Below, piece after piece: positions 31,245 to 33,873 of a DNA stretch of 33,873 nucleotides. The first letter of the stretch is position 1. Each line of letters opens with the position of its first letter. The notes beneath the pieces are model-generated. The model ran no database searches, was not told where the DNA came from, and saw only the letters and a program-made list of their open reading frames with translations. The position numbers were made by a program, and so were the translations under genes. Origin of the DNA: Thermoanaerobaculia bacterium (GTDB lineage Bacteria; Acidobacteriota; Thermoanaerobaculia; UBA5066); contig JBBRRY010000036.1 of NCBI GenBank assembly GCA_038245905.1, positions 1-33,873 on the forward strand, given 5' to 3'.

Positions 31245-32447
31245 ATGAAGGCGTTCGACGTCGCGGTCGTCGGAGGCGGCATCGTGGGCCTCGCAACCGC
31301 ATGGCGACTGCTCGAGAAGGACCCGGCGCTCTCCGTCGTCCTCCTCGAGAAGGAGGCCGAGGCCGGCGCCCACCAGACCGGCCACAACAGCGGTGTCATC
31401 CACTCGGGCCTCTATTACAAGCCGGGCTCCGAGAAGGCAAAGTTGTGCGTCGAGGGCGGCCGCCTCCTCCTCGAGTTCTGCTGCGCGCACGAGGTCCCGC
31501 ACGAGATCTGCGGGAAGCTCGTCGTCGCGACGTCGGAGGAAGAGCTGCCGCGCCTCGACGAGCTCGCGCGTCGCGGCCGGGAGAACGGCGTCGCGGGCGT
31601 ACGGGAGATGGAGCCCGCCGAGTTCCGGAAGATCGAGCCGCACGCCGCGGGGGTGCGCGCCCTGCACGTCCCGCCGACCGGCATTACGGACTACGGCCTC
31701 GTCGCGCGGATGCTCGCGCGCCTGCTCGCGGAGAGGGGGGTCGACGTTCGCTTCCGAGCGAAGGTCACGTCGCTGTCGTCGAAGGGTTCGGAGGTCCGGA
31801 TCACGGCAGGCGCGGACGATCTCTCGGCGAGGCACGCCGTCGCTTGCGCGGGCCTGCACGCGGACCGAGTCGCGCGCCTCGACGGCGTCGATGCCGGCGT
31901 CCAGATCGTCCCGTTTCGCGGCGAGTATTACAAGCTCGCGCCGGGGCGGGAGGGGCTCGTCAAGGGGCTCCTCTATCCCGTTCCCGACCCACGCTTCCCG
32001 TTCCTCGGCGTTCACTTCACGCGTCTCGTGGGCGGCGGCGCCGAGGCCGGACCGAACGCGGTTCCCGCGATGGCGCGCGAGGGCTATACGAAGACGTCCT
32101 TCAACCTCCGCGACATGTGGGAGGAGGCGACGTACCCCGGTGTGTGGCGCCTCGCCGCGAAACACGGCGGGATGGCGCTCGGAGAGCTCCACCGGTCGTT
32201 CGTGAAGAGCGCGTTCGTGAAGGCCCTCCAGAAGCTCATGCCCGACATCCGCTCCGAGGACCTCGTTCCCGGCGGAGCCGGCGTCCGGGCGCAAGCCCTG
32301 CGGCGGGACGGCTCGCTCGAAGACGACTTCGTCCTCGCACCTCACGGGCGGATCGTCCACGTCCTGAACGCCCCGTCGCCGGCCGCGACGGCCTCGCTCG
32401 CGATCGGCGGCCGCATCGCCGAGGCCATGGCTGCGATGCGCGGCTGA
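31245..32447 (+). CDS. lhgO: L-2-hydroxyglutarate oxidase
   Basis: GGGIVG, HQTGHNSGVIHSGLYY, FRGEYY, YPVPDPRFPFLGVHFT, GVRAQA and NAPSPAAT. Confidence 0.93.
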   Translation: MKAFDVAVVGGGIVGLATAWRLLEKDPALSVVLLEKEAEAGAHQTGHNSGVIHSGLYYKPGSEKAKLCVEGGRLLLEFCCAHEVPHEICGKLVVATSEEELPRLDELARRGRENGVAGVREMEPAEFRKIEPHAAGVRALHVPPTGITDYGLVARMLARLLAERGVDVRFRAKVTSLSSKGSEVRITAGADDLSARHAVACAGLHADRVARLDGVDAGVQIVPFRGEYYKLAPGREGLVKGLLYPVPDPRFPFLGVHFTRLVGGGAEAGPNAVPAMAREGYTKTSFNLRDMWEEATYPGVWRLAAKHGGMALGELHRSFVKSAFVKALQKLMPDIRSEDLVPGGAGVRAQALRRDGSLEDDFVLAPHGRIVHVLNAPSPAATASLAIGGRIAEAMAAMRG

Positions 32448-32476
32448 CGCGGCCCGCGGGTTATCCTCGTCTCTTC

Positions 32477-33873
32477 ATGGTCCGCCGCTACTTCACGACC
32501 CCCATTTACTACGTCAACGACCGGCCGCATATCGGGCACCTCTACACGACGGTCGTCACGGACACGCTTGCGCGCTACTTCCGCCAGAAGGGCGTAGACG
32601 TGCGCTTCCTGACGGGCACCGACGAGCACGGCCAGAACATCGAGAGGGTCGCGAAAAAAGAAGGCGTCGCCCCGATCGTCGTCGCGGACCGCCACGCGCC
32701 GACGTTCCGAAACCTCTGGAAAGAGTTCGGCATCTCGAACGACGACTTCATTCGCACGACCGAACCGCGCCATGGGGCGGGCGTCGAGGAGATCATCCGG
32801 CGCATCGAAGCGGCGGGCGACTTCTACACGGCGGGGCACGAGGGGTGGTACTGCGCGAACTGCGAGGCCTTCTATCCCGAGAAGGATCTCGCGGAAGGAA
32901 ACTGTCCTGTCCACGGCTTCAAGACCGAATGGCAGCGCGAGGAGAACGTCTTCTTCCGCCTGTCGAAATATGGCCCCCGCCTGCTCGAGCTCTTCGAGAA
33001 GGGCGTGGAGGGGAGACCGTTCGTTTTTCCCGAGTCGCGCCTGAACGAAGTCCGCTCGTTCGTGGAGTCGGGCCTCAAGGATCTCTCTGTGTCGCGCACG
33101 ACGATCACGTGGGGCATCCCGTTCCCGGGAAGGCCCGGGCACGTCGTTTATGTGTGGCTCGACGCGCTCGCGAACTACATCACCGCGCTCGGGTTCGGGT
33201 CGCGCGACCTCTCCCTCTACGAGCGATACTGGCCCGGCATCCACGTCATCGGGAAGGACATCCTCCGCTTCCACGCGGTCTATTGGCCCGCCTTCCTCAT
33301 GTCGGCCGGTCTTCCGATCCCACGTCAGGTCGTCTCCCACGGCTGGTGGCTCCGCGACGCGAAGAAAATGTCCAAGTCCACCGGCAATGTCGTGAGGCCC
33401 GACGACCTCGTCGCCGCGTTCGGCGTGGACGCGCTGCGCTGGCACCTCGTGTCGGCCATGTCGTTCGGCCAGGACGCGAACTTCTCCGACGAGGATTTTC
33501 TCGCCGGTTACAACGCCGACCTCGCGAACGGCCTCGGCAACACGCTGTCGCGCGCCGTGAAGATGGCGAGCGATGCCTTCGGCGGGAAGACGCCTGCCGA
33601 GATGTGCGACGACAACGAGGTCCGCTCCGCTGCGATCGATGCCGTCGCCGCGTGGACGTCGGCATTCGAGAGCTACCGTTTGCAGGACGCAGCCGCCGCC
33701 CTGCGCACGCTCGTGACGCGAATCGACGGCTACATCGCCGCGAAGGAGCCCTGGAAGAAAGTCAAGGCCGAGGGCGTGACGCCCGCGCTGCACCGCATCC
33801 ATTACGCGACGCTGGAGGGCCTTCGTGTCGCGGCGTGCATGCTCGCCCCGATCGCGCCGCGCACGGCGACGGA
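32477..33873 (+). CDS. metG: Methionyl-tRNA synthetase, 3'-truncated by the window edge (absent from the ORF track)
   Basis: Hand translation gives MVRRYFTTPIYYVNDRPHIGH (HIGH), GTDEHG, a CxxC...CPVH knuckle, YVWLDAL, IGKDI and KMSKS. Confidence 0.96.
   Translation, partial: MVRRYFTTPIYYVNDRPHIGHLYTTVVTDTLARYFRQKGVDVRFLTGTDEHGQNIERVAKKEGVAPIVVADRHAPTFRNLWKEFGISNDDFIRTTEPRHGAGVEEIIRRIEAAGDFYTAGHEGWYCANCEAFYPEKDLAEGNCPVHGFKTEWQREENVFFRLSKYGPRLLELFEKGVEGRPFVFPESRLNEVRSFVESGLKDLSVSRTTITWGIPFPGRPGHVVYVWLDALANYITALGFGSRDLSLYERYWPGIHVIGKDILRFHAVYWPAFLMSAGLPIPRQVVSHGWWLRDAKKMSKSTGNVVRPDDLVAAFGVDALRWHLVSAMSFGQDANFSDEDFLAGYNADLANGLGNTLSRAVKMASDAFGGKTPAEMCDDNEVRSAAIDAVAAWTSAFESYRLQDAAAALRTLVTRIDGYIAAKEPWKKVKAEGVTPALHRIHYATLEGLRVAACMLAPIAPRTAT

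Noticed and set aside
32342-33802. 486-aa minus-strand ORF at the window end
   Set aside because: It is the antisense shadow of metG, whose HIGH and KMSKS motifs are on the plus strand. metG is missing from the track because it has no stop in the window.

Overview
High-GC (about 70% by eye), densely coding chromosomal window from a diderm bacterium. Gene content and style suggest Acidobacteriota, possibly Thermoanaerobaculia (inference only). From left to right: (1) a translationally coupled trio of an exported PDZ-TPR-CHAT caspase-like protease (5'-truncated), an ECF sigma factor and a zinc-binding membrane anti-sigma factor; (2) mlaE-mlaF-mlaD followed by a catalytically degenerate SDR/epimerase; (3) uncharacterised secreted proteins, plsC, apbC/mrp, a PuuD-like membrane protein and an M13 peptidase; (4) ccmABCDEF cytochrome c maturation genes with a Cys-type CcmE and an unannotated 39-aa CcmD; (5) a DUF374-like protein, a PLP dehydratase, an outer-membrane beta-barrel, a membrane-anchored repeat-rich Ser/Thr kinase, an MDR oxidoreductase, a small gene remnant and a GAF histidine kinase; (6) cobB, radC, lhgO and a 3'-truncated metG. 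I saw no rRNA, tRNA, CRISPR array or transposase. The best candidate for an undescribed system is the CHAT protease-ECF sigma-anti-sigma module. Many operon-leading genes look leaderless. All calls come from motif reading and recall; no searches were run.
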